A DNA stretch of 64,000 nt from Fibrobacteria bacterium (GTDB taxonomy: Bacteria > Fibrobacterota > Fibrobacteria > UBA11236), in NCBI GenBank assembly GCA_017881725.1, contig JADGQO010000076.1, positions 6,190 through 70,189 on the forward strand. The letters run 5' to 3'. Shown here in pieces: positions 38,458 through 49,850 of this stretch. Below the pieces are notes generated by a model that saw only the letters and a program-made list of their open reading frames with translations, did no database searches and was not told the origin of the DNA. A program made the translations under genes and the position numbers. How positions within the stretch are numbered: position 1 is the first letter of the stretch; each line of letters begins with the position of its first letter.

Positions 38458-39093
38458 TCATCCCTTCTTACGCACTACTTGCAATCCGTCTCGGACCGTC
38501 AGTAGCACGTTTTCCACGCGTCCATCAACCAGGATTTTTTGATTCAGCGCATCAATGGCCATGCTTTCCCGATCATTAGGCTTCAATACCAAGCCGGACC
38601 ACAAGGCATTGTCCACCAGCATAAGGCCGCCCGGTCGGAGCAACGGTAATACGGCATCGTAATAGGCGGGATAATTTTCCTTGTCGGCATCGATGAAAGC
38701 CAGGTCGAATGGCCCCGACAAGGTCGCAAGCGTTTCCAGAGCCGGCCCCATGCGTATGGAGATTTTTTTTCCATGCGGGCTGCGGTTGAAATAGCGTTGC
38801 GCGAAAGCGGCGTGCGCAGGCTCCAATTCGCACGTGATCACTTCGCCGTCATCGGGCAAGGACTCGGCCATGGACAAGGCGGAATAGCCGGTGAATGTTC
38901 CTATTTCTAAAATACGGCGCGCTCCGGAAAGTTGCGCCAAAATTTTCAAAAGTCGGCCTTCCATGCGTCCGGTCAGCATTTGCGGACTTTGCATTTTCGC
39001 TTGGGTCTCTTCCGCCAATTGTTGGAGCAACACAGGTTCGGATTGGGTGTGTTCAAAAGCGTAGGTTTCCACATCCGGATCGATGAAGTTCAT
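38458..39093 (-). CDS. O-methyltransferase (caffeoyl-CoA OMT/Methyltransf_3 family)
   Basis: ILEIGTFTGYSAL, FIDADK, VDNALW, VRDGL. Confidence 0.9.
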   Translation of the reverse strand: MNFIDPDVETYAFEHTQSEPVLLQQLAEETQAKMQSPQMLTGRMEGRLLKILAQLSGARRILEIGTFTGYSALSMAESLPDDGEVITCELEPAHAAFAQRYFNRSPHGKKISIRMGPALETLATLSGPFDLAFIDADKENYPAYYDAVLPLLRPGGLMLVDNALWSGLVLKPNDRESMAIDALNQKILVDGRVENVLLTVRDGLQVVRKKG

Positions 39094-39546
39094 TCATTGC
39101 CTCCTTTGACTGTCCAGAATGATGGTTACAGGGCCTTGGTTGATCAGCGAGACGTGCATGTCCGCGCCAAAGATTCCCATGCCGACAGGCTTACCCAAGG
39201 CGGTCACAAGTTGTTCGACAAACCGTTCATATTGTTTTTTGGCAAAGTCCGGAGCGGCGGCGGCGGAAAAGGAAGGCCGGTTGCCGCGCGCTGTTTCCGC
39301 GTATAAGGTGAATTGGCTGATGGCGAGGATCTCCCCGCCCATATCCAACACGGACAAATTCATTTTCCCCTGCGCGTCCGAAAAAATGCGCATGCGCGTA
39401 ATCTTGCCCGCAGACCAAGCTGCGTCTTCATCCCTATCGTCCGGCGCCACGCCGACCAGTAACAACAAGCCCGGTCCGATCTTGGCAATCGTCTTTTCAT
39501 CGACATCAACCTGCGCCTGAGACACTCGTTGCATTACGATGCGCAT
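39094..39546 (-). CDS. dtd: D-aminoacyl-tRNA deacylase
   Basis: MRIVMQRV, SQFTL, GNRPSF, N.GPVT. Confidence 0.93.
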   Translation of the reverse strand: MRIVMQRVSQAQVDVDEKTIAKIGPGLLLLVGVAPDDRDEDAAWSAGKITRMRIFSDAQGKMNLSVLDMGGEILAISQFTLYAETARGNRPSFSAAAAPDFAKKQYERFVEQLVTALGKPVGMGIFGADMHVSLINQGPVTIILDSQRRQ

Positions 39547-39777
39547 CGTTCTCCCACGAAATCATCAAGAAATATTTTCATGAGGTAGGACTCATAAAAG
39601 AAAATCCAGGGCTGGATGGCCCTTGGTCCAATCTAATTCTTTACCGTTGAGGATTGGTTGGAATTGGATAGTTGCCTATTGCGCTTGGATCCCCAGGCCA
39701 CCTTGCATGATTCTGAAGGACGCGTGAGGTCGGGATATTTGATTCCATCCCACCTAGTGTTAGGACTTTTAGGACAC

Positions 39778-39806
39778 AAAAAAAGACCCCTCCGAAGAAG
39801 AGTCTT
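39778..39806 (-). terminator. Rho-independent terminator downstream of eno
   Basis: Minus strand AAGACTCTTC-TTCG-GAGGGGTCTT followed by a T-run. Confidence 0.8.
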
Positions 39807-39888
39807 GATTGGGACTATCGAAGCCGCTTCGGGGCTGGAATGGAGCCGTATCGAAGCCGCCTGAATGGTCGGGAAAATTGATGGTTGA

Positions 39889-41190
<1,302 letters not shown>

Positions 41191-41246
41191 TTAAGTTATG
41201 GCCGTAAAGATATCTATTCGGCGATTGGATTTCTATCCTTACCCGC

Positions 41247-41954
41247 ATGCCGCGCCTAATGGGAATAGCGCTTCGCTGGTGTTCCCTACCCTTCCTGGCG
41301 CTCCTCTTTCAGTCCATGCTGGTTGAGCTCTGGTTCAGTTCCCGCGCGGCCGGATTGTCACCCGAAACCTTGATCCACGGCCCTTCCGTGTTTTTTATGC
41401 TGGGGCTGGCCTTCAGGATTTTATTCGCTGCGCTTTGCCGTCGATTCCGCCGCATCGATCCACTGGTCTTTGTCGATACTTTGGAACATGAATTGACACA
41501 TGCCTTGATCGGCACCCTGACTTTTTGTCCGCCGATTTCCTTATCCGCTACCCTGAAATCCGGCGGCGAGGTCCAGTTGCGCGGCTCCAATCCGCTGGCG
41601 GCATTAGCCCCTTATGCTTTCCCCCTGTGGACCTTGGTGGCAGTGGCCATTGGCTTCGTAGTTCAATCGGGATTACAAAGCGCCTGGACCCACGCCGTAT
41701 TTTTCCTCTTGGGATGCTTCGCTTACAGGTTGGGAACGGAATTCCGATGGCGGCAAACGGATTTACACGCCTACGGATTTTTTTTCTCCACCCTCCTGGT
41801 CGGCGCCTTACTTCTCCTGTCTTTGGGAATCATTCTGAAATCCCGTGGACTTCTTTCCCTGCACTGGATATGGGCCTCTCCGCTGCATGCGATTCGCGAA
41901 GTCCCGGGCGTTTGGCGTGCCCTGCGTCCAGCCTCAAACTCGACCGGACCCTAA
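41247..41954 (+). CDS. Membrane protein with HExxH, M50B-like metallopeptidase
   Basis: Several TM segments; EHELTHA; ALAPY; distal QTD. Confidence 0.65.
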   Translation: MPRLMGIALRWCSLPFLALLFQSMLVELWFSSRAAGLSPETLIHGPSVFFMLGLAFRILFAALCRRFRRIDPLVFVDTLEHELTHALIGTLTFCPPISLSATLKSGGEVQLRGSNPLAALAPYAFPLWTLVAVAIGFVVQSGLQSAWTHAVFFLLGCFAYRLGTEFRWRQTDLHAYGFFFSTLLVGALLLLSLGIILKSRGLLSLHWIWASPLHAIREVPGVWRALRPASNSTGP

Positions 41955-42162
41955 CAGGTTATTCTAGTTTTCTCATCCCCCAAGGTAACCGTGCGGTTAC
42001 GTACCGGTGACCTTTTCGAGTATAGCACGCAGACTCAGGGCAATTATCGCGTCCAACCGGGTGGATAACTTGCCAAACCCCAAATCCATTCTTTTTTTAT
42101 CTTAATTCCGACCTTGATAGGAAGCCGGTACTCTCCGGATAAACGTCAAGACGAAAGGCCCA

Positions 42163-43239
42163 ATGACCCGACCAATACGGCCCTGGAAATCATCCTTTTT
42201 GATTCTCTCCCTGGGGATTGCGCTGCATGCGCCTGATGTCGCGCGCGCGGCCTCGGAACACATTCAAAATCCCATCGGGAACCTGCGCGATGCCGTGCTT
42301 GCGGATTTGAAGCCCCATGCCAGCGCGAGCAAAACTTACAATGAATTCTGGACCTATCATTTTTTCCTGGACGGAAACCTCCAGGCGGACCTTAATTTTT
42401 CCCGCGTGAATCTCGGCAGGTTGAAAGCGCCGGTTTGCGGCGCGGATCTAACCCTCTTGGGTTTCAAGGGAAAAAATTATTCCGTGGCCCGCGAATACGA
42501 CAAAAAGAATTTCGTCTTCACCGATTCGATTTCCCAGCTCCGGGTGCATGAAAAAATCTGGTTCCAAGGCGGCCTGCCAGCCAGCCACCGGACTCATTTC
42601 GCCACGACCAAAAAGGACGTCAGTTATTATCTCGACCTAACCTTCACGGAAATCGAACCCGGGAAAGTCTGGGGCGATGGGATGTTCCGCTTCGGCGGAT
42701 CGGACGCCGTGGGGATTTTCTGGAATATCCCCGGGGCAAAAGTCAGCGGAGTGCTGGCCGTCAATGGCGACACCTTGCATGTGAAGGGGACGGCCTACAT
42801 GGATCACACCTTCCAAACGGATTTGGCTCCGAATTTAGTCAACGCCGGTTACCGATACAGCGCCCAATCGGGCCCCCTCGAGGTCGGCTATTATTTGAAT
42901 CCCACCTCCCGCTTCCAGAGCCAGCCGGTCGGATATGGCTTACGCAAAACGGGATCGGAATATACCTTGCTTTCTCCGCAAAGCTTGAAAGTGCTCTCCG
43001 CCGCCAACGCCCTGGGATCCAAGGTGGCCACGGTTTTGGAAATCCGGTACCCGGACGGTGGGATTACCACTCTCAAACGCGCCGACGACCGATTTCAGCA
43101 ATCCACCTTGCATGAGTTCAGTGGACTCACCAAAATGGCCATCAAAAGCTTCATGGGCGGCGAAGTATTGGTATTCAAGGGCTTAGGAACTTTGGGTGAT
43201 GGCCGCGCCATCGGGTACAGTTATTTCACGGTGAATTGA
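42163..43239 (+). CDS. Secreted AttH/CrtC/Svf1-like beta-barrel protein
   Basis: Signal peptide; YNEFWTY and VSGVL..GDTLHVKGTAYMDH resemble the AttH-like lipocalin fold. Confidence 0.45.
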   Translation: MTRPIRPWKSSFLILSLGIALHAPDVARAASEHIQNPIGNLRDAVLADLKPHASASKTYNEFWTYHFFLDGNLQADLNFSRVNLGRLKAPVCGADLTLLGFKGKNYSVAREYDKKNFVFTDSISQLRVHEKIWFQGGLPASHRTHFATTKKDVSYYLDLTFTEIEPGKVWGDGMFRFGGSDAVGIFWNIPGAKVSGVLAVNGDTLHVKGTAYMDHTFQTDLAPNLVNAGYRYSAQSGPLEVGYYLNPTSRFQSQPVGYGLRKTGSEYTLLSPQSLKVLSAANALGSKVATVLEIRYPDGGITTLKRADDRFQQSTLHEFSGLTKMAIKSFMGGEVLVFKGLGTLGDGRAIGYSYFTVN

Positions 43240-43325
43240 TACGTCGGTCCGGCTGGTGCCGAAATATTCAGGTTGGGCCGAAAAATTCGGCTAACGTATC
43301 GACGCGCAGCCAGTCGCGTCAGCAT

Positions 43326-44366
43326 TCACTCTTCAGCCACGGGTAACATTTGGGATACCCCTTTTTGCGTCCCGAACCAGACCTCGCCTTCGCGGCCCGG
43401 CATCACGCAGTAAACGTATTTCGTTTGGATCCCGGAAGTGTTATTCTTGGTGTACAAGGTCCAGTCTTTTCCATCGAACCGTACCGCGCCGCCTTTGATG
43501 GCTGCCCACAACGTGCCGGATTTTTCCACGAAGAGGCTATAAACCTGTTCGACGGACATTTCTTCCAGGCTGATTATGCCTTTGTAGGACTTCCACTGGG
43601 ACCCGCTTAATTTCGCTAACCCCATTTGCGTCCCGACCCACTTCTCGCCTTTGGCATTCACGCTCAAATAGGTGATGCTGTTATGCGGGAGCCCGCCATT
43701 GGTGGATTCGCGCGTATAGGTCGTCCAATTGACTCCCGTGAACTTGACCAGTCCGCCGATGGTGCCAATCCATTTCTCTCCGGAAGAATCCACCGCGATG
43801 GCCGTGACCAATTTGTTCGGCAGCCTCCCGGAAACTTTTTCGCCCGCATAGGTTGTCCAAACCGAGCCGCGCAACATGGCGAATCCGCTTTTGGTGCCGA
43901 ACCATCGTTCATCTTTTCCAATGGCCAGGGAGGTGACGGAATTGTCCGGCAAGCCTCCGGCGGTATTTTCCTTGGTGTAATTACGCCATGTACTGTTTCC
44001 GTACCAACAAACGCCTCCGCCATCGGTGGCCACCCACAGCTCGCGATTTTCTCCGATCGCCAACGCGGTAATCACATTGGATTTCAATCCTCCCCCGGTG
44101 TTCTCGACCGTGAACATTTCCCAATCTCCCAGGTTGGAAAGGCGCGTCAGGCCCTTTTTGGTGCCGAACCACTTGTTCCCCTGATCGTCCATCGCCATGG
44201 AATAAATTTCCGGATCGGGAAAATGGCTGAGGTCTTGCAGCGTCCAGCGGATTTGAGGTTCAGTGGGAAGCGCGGTGATCAAAACCGGCGACAGAAAAAT
44301 CGCAAGCAATCCAAGCCAAGGTAGGGCGACTTTAAAAGAGCCGAGCGGACGGCGGAGGGTCATCAT
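43326..44366 (-). CDS. Secreted stand-alone Reg_prop (two-component regulator propeller) repeat protein
   Basis: About 7 repeats GLP.N.VT.LA.D..G.KW.GT..GL..F.G..W..YT; no kinase domain. Confidence 0.78.
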   Translation of the reverse strand: MMTLRRPLGSFKVALPWLGLLAIFLSPVLITALPTEPQIRWTLQDLSHFPDPEIYSMAMDDQGNKWFGTKKGLTRLSNLGDWEMFTVENTGGGLKSNVITALAIGENRELWVATDGGGVCWYGNSTWRNYTKENTAGGLPDNSVTSLAIGKDERWFGTKSGFAMLRGSVWTTYAGEKVSGRLPNKLVTAIAVDSSGEKWIGTIGGLVKFTGVNWTTYTRESTNGGLPHNSITYLSVNAKGEKWVGTQMGLAKLSGSQWKSYKGIISLEEMSVEQVYSLFVEKSGTLWAAIKGGAVRFDGKDWTLYTKNNTSGIQTKYVYCVMPGREGEVWFGTQKGVSQMLPVAEE

Positions 44367-44382
44367 GACCGGATAAGTTACA

Positions 44383-46476
44383 TTAATCGGGAAGCCCGCC
44401 CACTACCTTGCGCAGCGGGTTCCACCACTCGCGGAAATTGGATAGCACGTAACCTCCGGTGGCGGGATTGTAGAAGTACATGTTACCGCTCCCATCGGAC
44501 AAAGCCGAAATGCCTTTCCAGGGCGAGAACAACTCCACTTTGAACAAGGGGCGCGATGGAGACTCGGGAGCGAATCCAGCCAAGGATACCGGTCGTGCAT
44601 CGGTTACGTTCTCCCCCCTCCAGGGAAATCGGAACGGCAATGCTATTTCAATCCCTCCGCCGGCCTCAGGAGCTTCATCCACCCGGACGATGCCTTCCCT
44701 ATCCCCGTCGTACCGCGGATTCAGGGTGATGCGGTTGCCTTGGAAATCCGTGTACTGAAACCGTACCCATGCGGAAATCCATCGCGACGAAGGCGTATTA
44801 TGGGCTAAGGTTTTTTCCCGGAGCTCGGCGATGGAGCTTACCCTACCGGTATCCACCACCTCGATGGTTCCTCGACAATATTTTTGATAAGACCACTGCA
44901 TCCATGTACGGGTCGGACGCAAACGGGATAGCACCAAGTAAACGCCGTCCCGCGAGCGATCCACGAAGCGAAAATCGAAGTCACGCGTCGACACTACGTC
45001 TCCGGCCTCTGTCCAGCTCGCAGGCAAGTCTTGCGGCCATTGGGAGCCGTTGAATTCCATGGTCGGCGCATAGCCATAGACGAACCGCCGGTACAAGGAC
45101 AGGTTATTGGCGCGCCACTGGGGGCCTTTGAAATGCAGGATATCGGCTACCGATTTCGGCTTGGTGACGGACGGATTGAGCAGCACGGAACTGGATCGCG
45201 TGATGACGTCATAGACCCAAGGCGCGTTGCCGAACCAAAAGGAGGGCGTGGGGAAATTGGGTCCGCCGTATTTTTCATACCGACCGCCCCCGGTAATGAG
45301 GTAATTCGATCCACCGTAATAGATTTCCGTCGGCCGGCTACGGGTTCCGCCGCCGGCATATGCGGACCGCACCTCTGCGCGATATTCCGCGGGCCTTCGC
45401 TGCATGAAGTTCAGGATCGGATCGGGAATCCGGTATCCCAGCAAAGTGGAAAAAAGAGCGATGGAAGAGTGCCCGGTTTGCCAATGCCAAATCCCTTTGT
45501 CCGGATCCCGTGGCCAGGGAAAATCCCCGGATTGGGCCGCAAAAAAGGAACAGGCCGCGTCGTGGGACACCAGCGCGCTGTCTTCATAAGTTTCGGAAGA
45601 ACGTCGGTACGGACCATAGCGAATGGCGTCGTAACTTTGGAACGCGAATTCCGCAGCCAGGAAATCGAGCAAGCAACCCGCGCCGTCGCGCAAAGCGGCG
45701 TCATGCGCAAAGGTGAAAAGATTGTCCAAGGCATGGATGGTGAAGCGTTGATATATCTGCGCGTTGAATTCAAAAAATCCGTTGCACATCGACTTATGCA
45801 TGGTTTGCAACAACAGCGTCTTCAACGAACCGCGCGCGTTATCCAGGCCGACACCCGCATGGACCAACGAATCGCGCAGCCGATCCAGACCCGGTAGCCG
45901 GCGGGTATTTTCCCACAATAATTGATTGGTAAGGTAGCGCGTCGACTCGATCATGAACACATGATTTTCGGTTTCCGGCACGCTCACGAAAAAGACCTCG
46001 AAATCGGATTTGGAACGCTGACCCCAGGTGCGGACCACGTTGCGGACTAGGTATTCCAAAGTCGCGTCGGTCAGCAAATCCCGGTCGTCCAGATACAATT
46101 GGAGAAGCGACGAGCAAACCAGCAAGGTCATGTCGAAGTCCCCTGGATCATACCCGGGAACCGGGACGCTAGTTCCCAAAGCGCCTAGAGGATGAATGTG
46201 ATTCCCGACGACGTACTGTTCCAGGGCCTTGCCCACCGCCCGTTTTTGCGATGCCGGTTTGCCCCGAGCCGATTCCATCAAAGCCACCCATTCCTGAAAC
46301 ACCCGCGTCCCATCGTTGTGGGCGGTCCAAGGATGAACCCCGCCATTGGATTGTATCCGGTATTTCCAGAACTCCAAAATGACCGGCCGCATTTTATCGG
46401 CTTGATTTTCGGCCAAGGCGCTGCCCGGTCTGACGGACAGAGAAAGCATTAAGAGCAAGAAGGTTAACCGGACCAT
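44383..46476 (-). CDS. Uncharacterised secreted 697-aa protein
   Basis: Signal peptide; long ORF; conserved-looking motifs GDFDM, PETENH, YLTNQL, FFEFN, ALDNL, GPYRR. Confidence 0.7.
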   Translation of the reverse strand: MVRLTFLLLMLSLSVRPGSALAENQADKMRPVILEFWKYRIQSNGGVHPWTAHNDGTRVFQEWVALMESARGKPASQKRAVGKALEQYVVGNHIHPLGALGTSVPVPGYDPGDFDMTLLVCSSLLQLYLDDRDLLTDATLEYLVRNVVRTWGQRSKSDFEVFFVSVPETENHVFMIESTRYLTNQLLWENTRRLPGLDRLRDSLVHAGVGLDNARGSLKTLLLQTMHKSMCNGFFEFNAQIYQRFTIHALDNLFTFAHDAALRDGAGCLLDFLAAEFAFQSYDAIRYGPYRRSSETYEDSALVSHDAACSFFAAQSGDFPWPRDPDKGIWHWQTGHSSIALFSTLLGYRIPDPILNFMQRRPAEYRAEVRSAYAGGGTRSRPTEIYYGGSNYLITGGGRYEKYGGPNFPTPSFWFGNAPWVYDVITRSSSVLLNPSVTKPKSVADILHFKGPQWRANNLSLYRRFVYGYAPTMEFNGSQWPQDLPASWTEAGDVVSTRDFDFRFVDRSRDGVYLVLSRLRPTRTWMQWSYQKYCRGTIEVVDTGRVSSIAELREKTLAHNTPSSRWISAWVRFQYTDFQGNRITLNPRYDGDREGIVRVDEAPEAGGGIEIALPFRFPWRGENVTDARPVSLAGFAPESPSRPLFKVELFSPWKGISALSDGSGNMYFYNPATGGYVLSNFREWWNPLRKVVGGLPD

Positions 46477-46488
46477 TTTGCGACCGAC

Positions 46489-46530
46489 TTTTTCAGGAGC
46501 CCACCCCTGTTTTTCAGGAGTCAGCCCCTG
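46489..46530. repeat. Tandem 21-bp imperfect direct repeat in a divergent promoter region
   Basis: TTTTTCAGGAGCCCACCCCTG / TTTTTCAGGAGTCAGCCCCTG (18/21 identical). Confidence 0.6.
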
Positions 46531-46724
46531 CTATCATTATACGGGCAATCCCGCGCTTCGACCACTCCGGGAACTTCCGGCACACGCAACTTCTGCCGTC
46601 CCGACCGCGTTTCTTGAGGATGAAAAAGGATTATTTTCTACAATAAACAGCCAAATACCGAAGCCCGGCCTACCTATGGCCGACGAACGGCGTCCCTCCA
46701 GCCCTCGTCCCCGGAGAGTTACCC

Positions 46725-47675
46725 CTGATACCCCATCACTTTCACCTGATATGGATTGGCCGGAATTTCCCATTCGTGAACCGATTGGCGGTGGAATCCC
46801 TTTTGCAAACGAATCCCGGCGCCCGTGTCACGATTCACTTTCAGGACCCGCCGGATAATGCCGATTGGAAAGCCTTGCGGAAAAAAGTCGAATTCCGACC
46901 TATTGATTTGGCCGGATGGCTCAAGGAATTACCCGATTCCATGCAGGCCGTAGCGCCCGTTTTGGATAAAATTTCGACTGGATACCTGGCCGGTAAAAGC
47001 AACATCTTGCGATACCTGATCTTATTCAGAGAAGGCGGAATTTATTTGGACTTCGACACCTTGACGGTGAAAAATTATCAGCCCCTGCTGAACGCCCAGG
47101 CATTCATCGGCGAAGAAACGGTTTTCCGGTATGACGATGATCGGGTCGCAGGCAATTTTAAGTTGGGGATTATTCCCACCGGCGCGGCCTTCGGCATCAG
47201 TTATTACGTGTCGTTGTGGAATTGCAAATACCTAGGAGATGGGCCCGTGCTGAACGCCGTGAACCGGTTGTGCATGCGCTATTGGTCCGATCGAAAATTG
47301 AACAATGCCGTTCTCGGCTCGGAAGCCGGCAGCAAGTTTTTCGCCAAGGCCATCGCTCTGGTTCCGGAAACCAATCCCGGCATCAAATACGCCTTGGGCC
47401 CGATTCTCATGAACCGAACCTGGGCCACCGAAGCCGCCGAACACATCCGGCGTTTGGGTCAGGACTACTTTTACAGTATCCCCCCCAGTCAAACGTTCCG
47501 GTTTTTCTACGGGCCGGCGCGCGCATTGCCGGATTCGGCATATACCATACATTGGTGCAGCAGCAATCACAAGGACTTGGCGTCGACCTTGACGTTGGAA
47601 AACTTGGGTCGGGCGGCCGCCAACCCGACCTTGTTTCACAGTCTGGCGCACGGAGTCATCGCGCAGGGAATTTAG
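46725..47675 (+). CDS. GT32-family DXD glycosyltransferase (OCH1/SUR1-like), probable CTG start
   Basis: SNILRYLIL..EGGIYLDFD, LNNAVLG, LGP; in-frame upstream IPHHFHLIWIG motif; GGAG 8 nt before CTG 46725. Confidence 0.8.
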   Translation: MIPHHFHLIWIGRNFPFVNRLAVESLLQTNPGARVTIHFQDPPDNADWKALRKKVEFRPIDLAGWLKELPDSMQAVAPVLDKISTGYLAGKSNILRYLILFREGGIYLDFDTLTVKNYQPLLNAQAFIGEETVFRYDDDRVAGNFKLGIIPTGAAFGISYYVSLWNCKYLGDGPVLNAVNRLCMRYWSDRKLNNAVLGSEAGSKFFAKAIALVPETNPGIKYALGPILMNRTWATEAAEHIRRLGQDYFYSIPPSQTFRFFYGPARALPDSAYTIHWCSSNHKDLASTLTLENLGRAAANPTLFHSLAHGVIAQGI

Positions 47676-47689
47676 AGCGCCGCGCGGAT

Positions 47690-48472
47690 TTATTCCGCCG
47701 GATTAAATTTCAGATGCTCCGAAAAAACCTGTTCCCGATCGCGCAACGCATACTGGAGCACGCTCCGGATACTCGCGACCGTGGCCGGATGATCGAAATC
47801 AAACGGGTGCATGGCGATGCGCAGGATCGGCGCCTTGGACCAGAGCCGCGCTAATATCGGACAGACCGCCAGGGATCCGTATTTCCGTAAGGGTGTGCGC
47901 GTCGCCCAGGTAACGACGGGACTCGACAAGGACCGGCCGGAATCGCAGCGGTAGATTCGCCTTTGATCCTCGGTGACCAGAACGCCTTTCGCATTAAGTT
48001 CCGGAATCAGGTTTTCGTTGAACAGCCAGGCCGGAGCTACGAATCCATCAGGTCCCCTGCCTATACAGGCCCGGTAGACCTCCATGCCCGTCTCGAGCTT
48101 TGACCGGATCGACTCCCTCGATAGCGAAAGAAATTCACCCTCACCGGCAGTCAGAAGTTTTCGCTTAAACCGATCGCCGAAATTCCGAGCGCAGGTACCC
48201 TGGTCTCCGGGAAGCTGTCCAGCGACGGATGGATCCGATTCCAAATGCAGTAGACCGTGCAAGTGCCAACTGACCTGGAAGGGTTTTTCCTTACGGCACC
48301 AAGCCAGGAACTCCGCATCGTTCGAAGCCAGGTAACCGCCGTGATACTGGGGAACCAGCAAATACGTCAACTTGGAAAGCCCCATTTCAGCGAATAAGCC
48401 TTCGGCCTTTTCCAACCGGGAAAGGTGAAAAGGCGTCGCGTCATGCATGGAAATGATAATCCGCCGTGTCAT
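47690..48472 (-). CDS. DUF2334-type polysaccharide deacetylase
   Basis: ISMHD, LHGLLH, GEGEF, GFVAPAW, RIAMHP.D. Confidence 0.8.
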   Translation of the reverse strand: MTRRIIISMHDATPFHLSRLEKAEGLFAEMGLSKLTYLLVPQYHGGYLASNDAEFLAWCRKEKPFQVSWHLHGLLHLESDPSVAGQLPGDQGTCARNFGDRFKRKLLTAGEGEFLSLSRESIRSKLETGMEVYRACIGRGPDGFVAPAWLFNENLIPELNAKGVLVTEDQRRIYRCDSGRSLSSPVVTWATRTPLRKYGSLAVCPILARLWSKAPILRIAMHPFDFDHPATVASIRSVLQYALRDREQVFSEHLKFNPAE

Positions 48473-49668
48473 GGTCGGTTTTCCCCAGCGCGTAAATGAT
48501 GGTTAACCATGCGGCCGATGGCGGCGTCCCAACTACCGTAGACTACGGCGAGTTTCCGGCTCTTTTTCGAAGCTTCGAGGATTGGGCTGGATAGAGCCTC
48601 ATCGACTGCGCGCAGAAAATCCTTGGGCGAGCCCGCGCGGAAAACGAATTGGCCTTGCGCTTGCAAAAGCAATTCCGCCGTTCCGCCCTGATCGGGACCT
48701 ACCACCGCCAAGCCGCGCGCCATGCCTTCCAATACTCCCAATCCAAAGGTTTCGAAAGGGCCAGGCGCCAGGAGAATGTCGCTACGGTCATAAATTTCCA
48801 AGACTTTTTCCGGGCTGTCCACAAAACCCAGATACTCAAAATTCGGTGCTGCGAAAGCGGCGAGGCGGTCCGCGAAAGCCCCCCGCCCCATTATGGTAAC
48901 ATGTACGTTACTGCGGGAGAGCAGTTCGGGAAGCGCCGCCAATAATACGTCCATGCCTTTTTCCGCATCCAGTCTTCCGGCGTAAAGTAACCGGATGGGA
49001 TGGGATGCCGAAGCGGTAGACGGCGGGGTTAAGCGGTTGGTTGAGTCGGTTCCGATAGGATTTGAAAACTTGGTGGGCGAATCCAAAAAGCGGAGGGGAA
49101 CGCCGAAAGGTAGGCAGGCAACGTTTTTTATGCCTTGCTGGTTTAAGGACTTTTCCATGGTTCGGGATGAAACGATGGTGCAATCGTACTGCCGCTGCAC
49201 AGAGTAAAAGATCCGTCCCGCGCAACGCACCAGAATTTTTTTCAAAGCTTTGAAGTTTCCCCGGTTTGCCCAGGGCAAGAAATAACTCGGAACCGGGTCG
49301 CTATGAAAAAATGATATTAGTCGCCCATCGTACCAGCCTGATTTTTTAAGCACCAGACAAAACAGACCGGTAAGCCAAGCATCCCCCGCCTCCAATACCG
49401 CCGGTCGTTCGCGACGGATAATCTGGAGGACGCGCCAATAGTCGAGAAGCAGACGATACCCAGACGCATCCTTGGTCAACGCGGGCCCAAAAACTTCGCT
49501 GCGGTTTACCGCCGGCCCCACGGAGATTTCCCGATGGCAAGGCCCCGGATGCACGACCACGTATCTATGCTCGGTTTGCCTCGCGAACCATTCCATTTTC
49601 GCCAGGTGATAGGTGCGAATGCCGCCGGCCTTCAAGGAAAAAAAGGTATTGATGTCGAGAAAAACCAC
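48469..49668 (-). CDS. Glycosyltransferase family 4
   Basis: GGIRTY, YAGRL.AEK, ETFGLGVLE.MA.G; stop overlaps the deacetylase start. Confidence 0.85.
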   Translation of the reverse strand: MVFLDINTFFSLKAGGIRTYHLAKMEWFARQTEHRYVVVHPGPCHREISVGPAVNRSEVFGPALTKDASGYRLLLDYWRVLQIIRRERPAVLEAGDAWLTGLFCLVLKKSGWYDGRLISFFHSDPVPSYFLPWANRGNFKALKKILVRCAGRIFYSVQRQYDCTIVSSRTMEKSLNQQGIKNVACLPFGVPLRFLDSPTKFSNPIGTDSTNRLTPPSTASASHPIRLLYAGRLDAEKGMDVLLAALPELLSRSNVHVTIMGRGAFADRLAAFAAPNFEYLGFVDSPEKVLEIYDRSDILLAPGPFETFGLGVLEGMARGLAVVGPDQGGTAELLLQAQGQFVFRAGSPKDFLRAVDEALSSPILEASKKSRKLAVVYGSWDAAIGRMVNHHLRAGENRP

Positions 49669-49850
49669 GCATCCTATGTAGCAATCGACCGAAGGGGCCC
49701 AAAGGCCGGTTAGCCCGGGATGGGACCCAAGCGCAAATACGGTAACCCCGGTTTGATCCCGCGTAGGCCGCAGCTCGGGAAGCCCCGCGCCATGGGTCGG
49801 CTGTCCCGCGCAGATTTTTCATAAGACGAATATTTATATGTTTGCCATAC

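Noticed and set aside
39816-39860. Two copies of TATCGAAGCCGC, CRISPR-like spacing
   Set aside because: Only two 12-bp units and no cas genes; not an array
42059-42074. GG-N10-GC site and DnaA-box-like GGTGGATAA upstream of 42163
   Set aside because: Poor -24 context and a single imperfect box; compatible with chance
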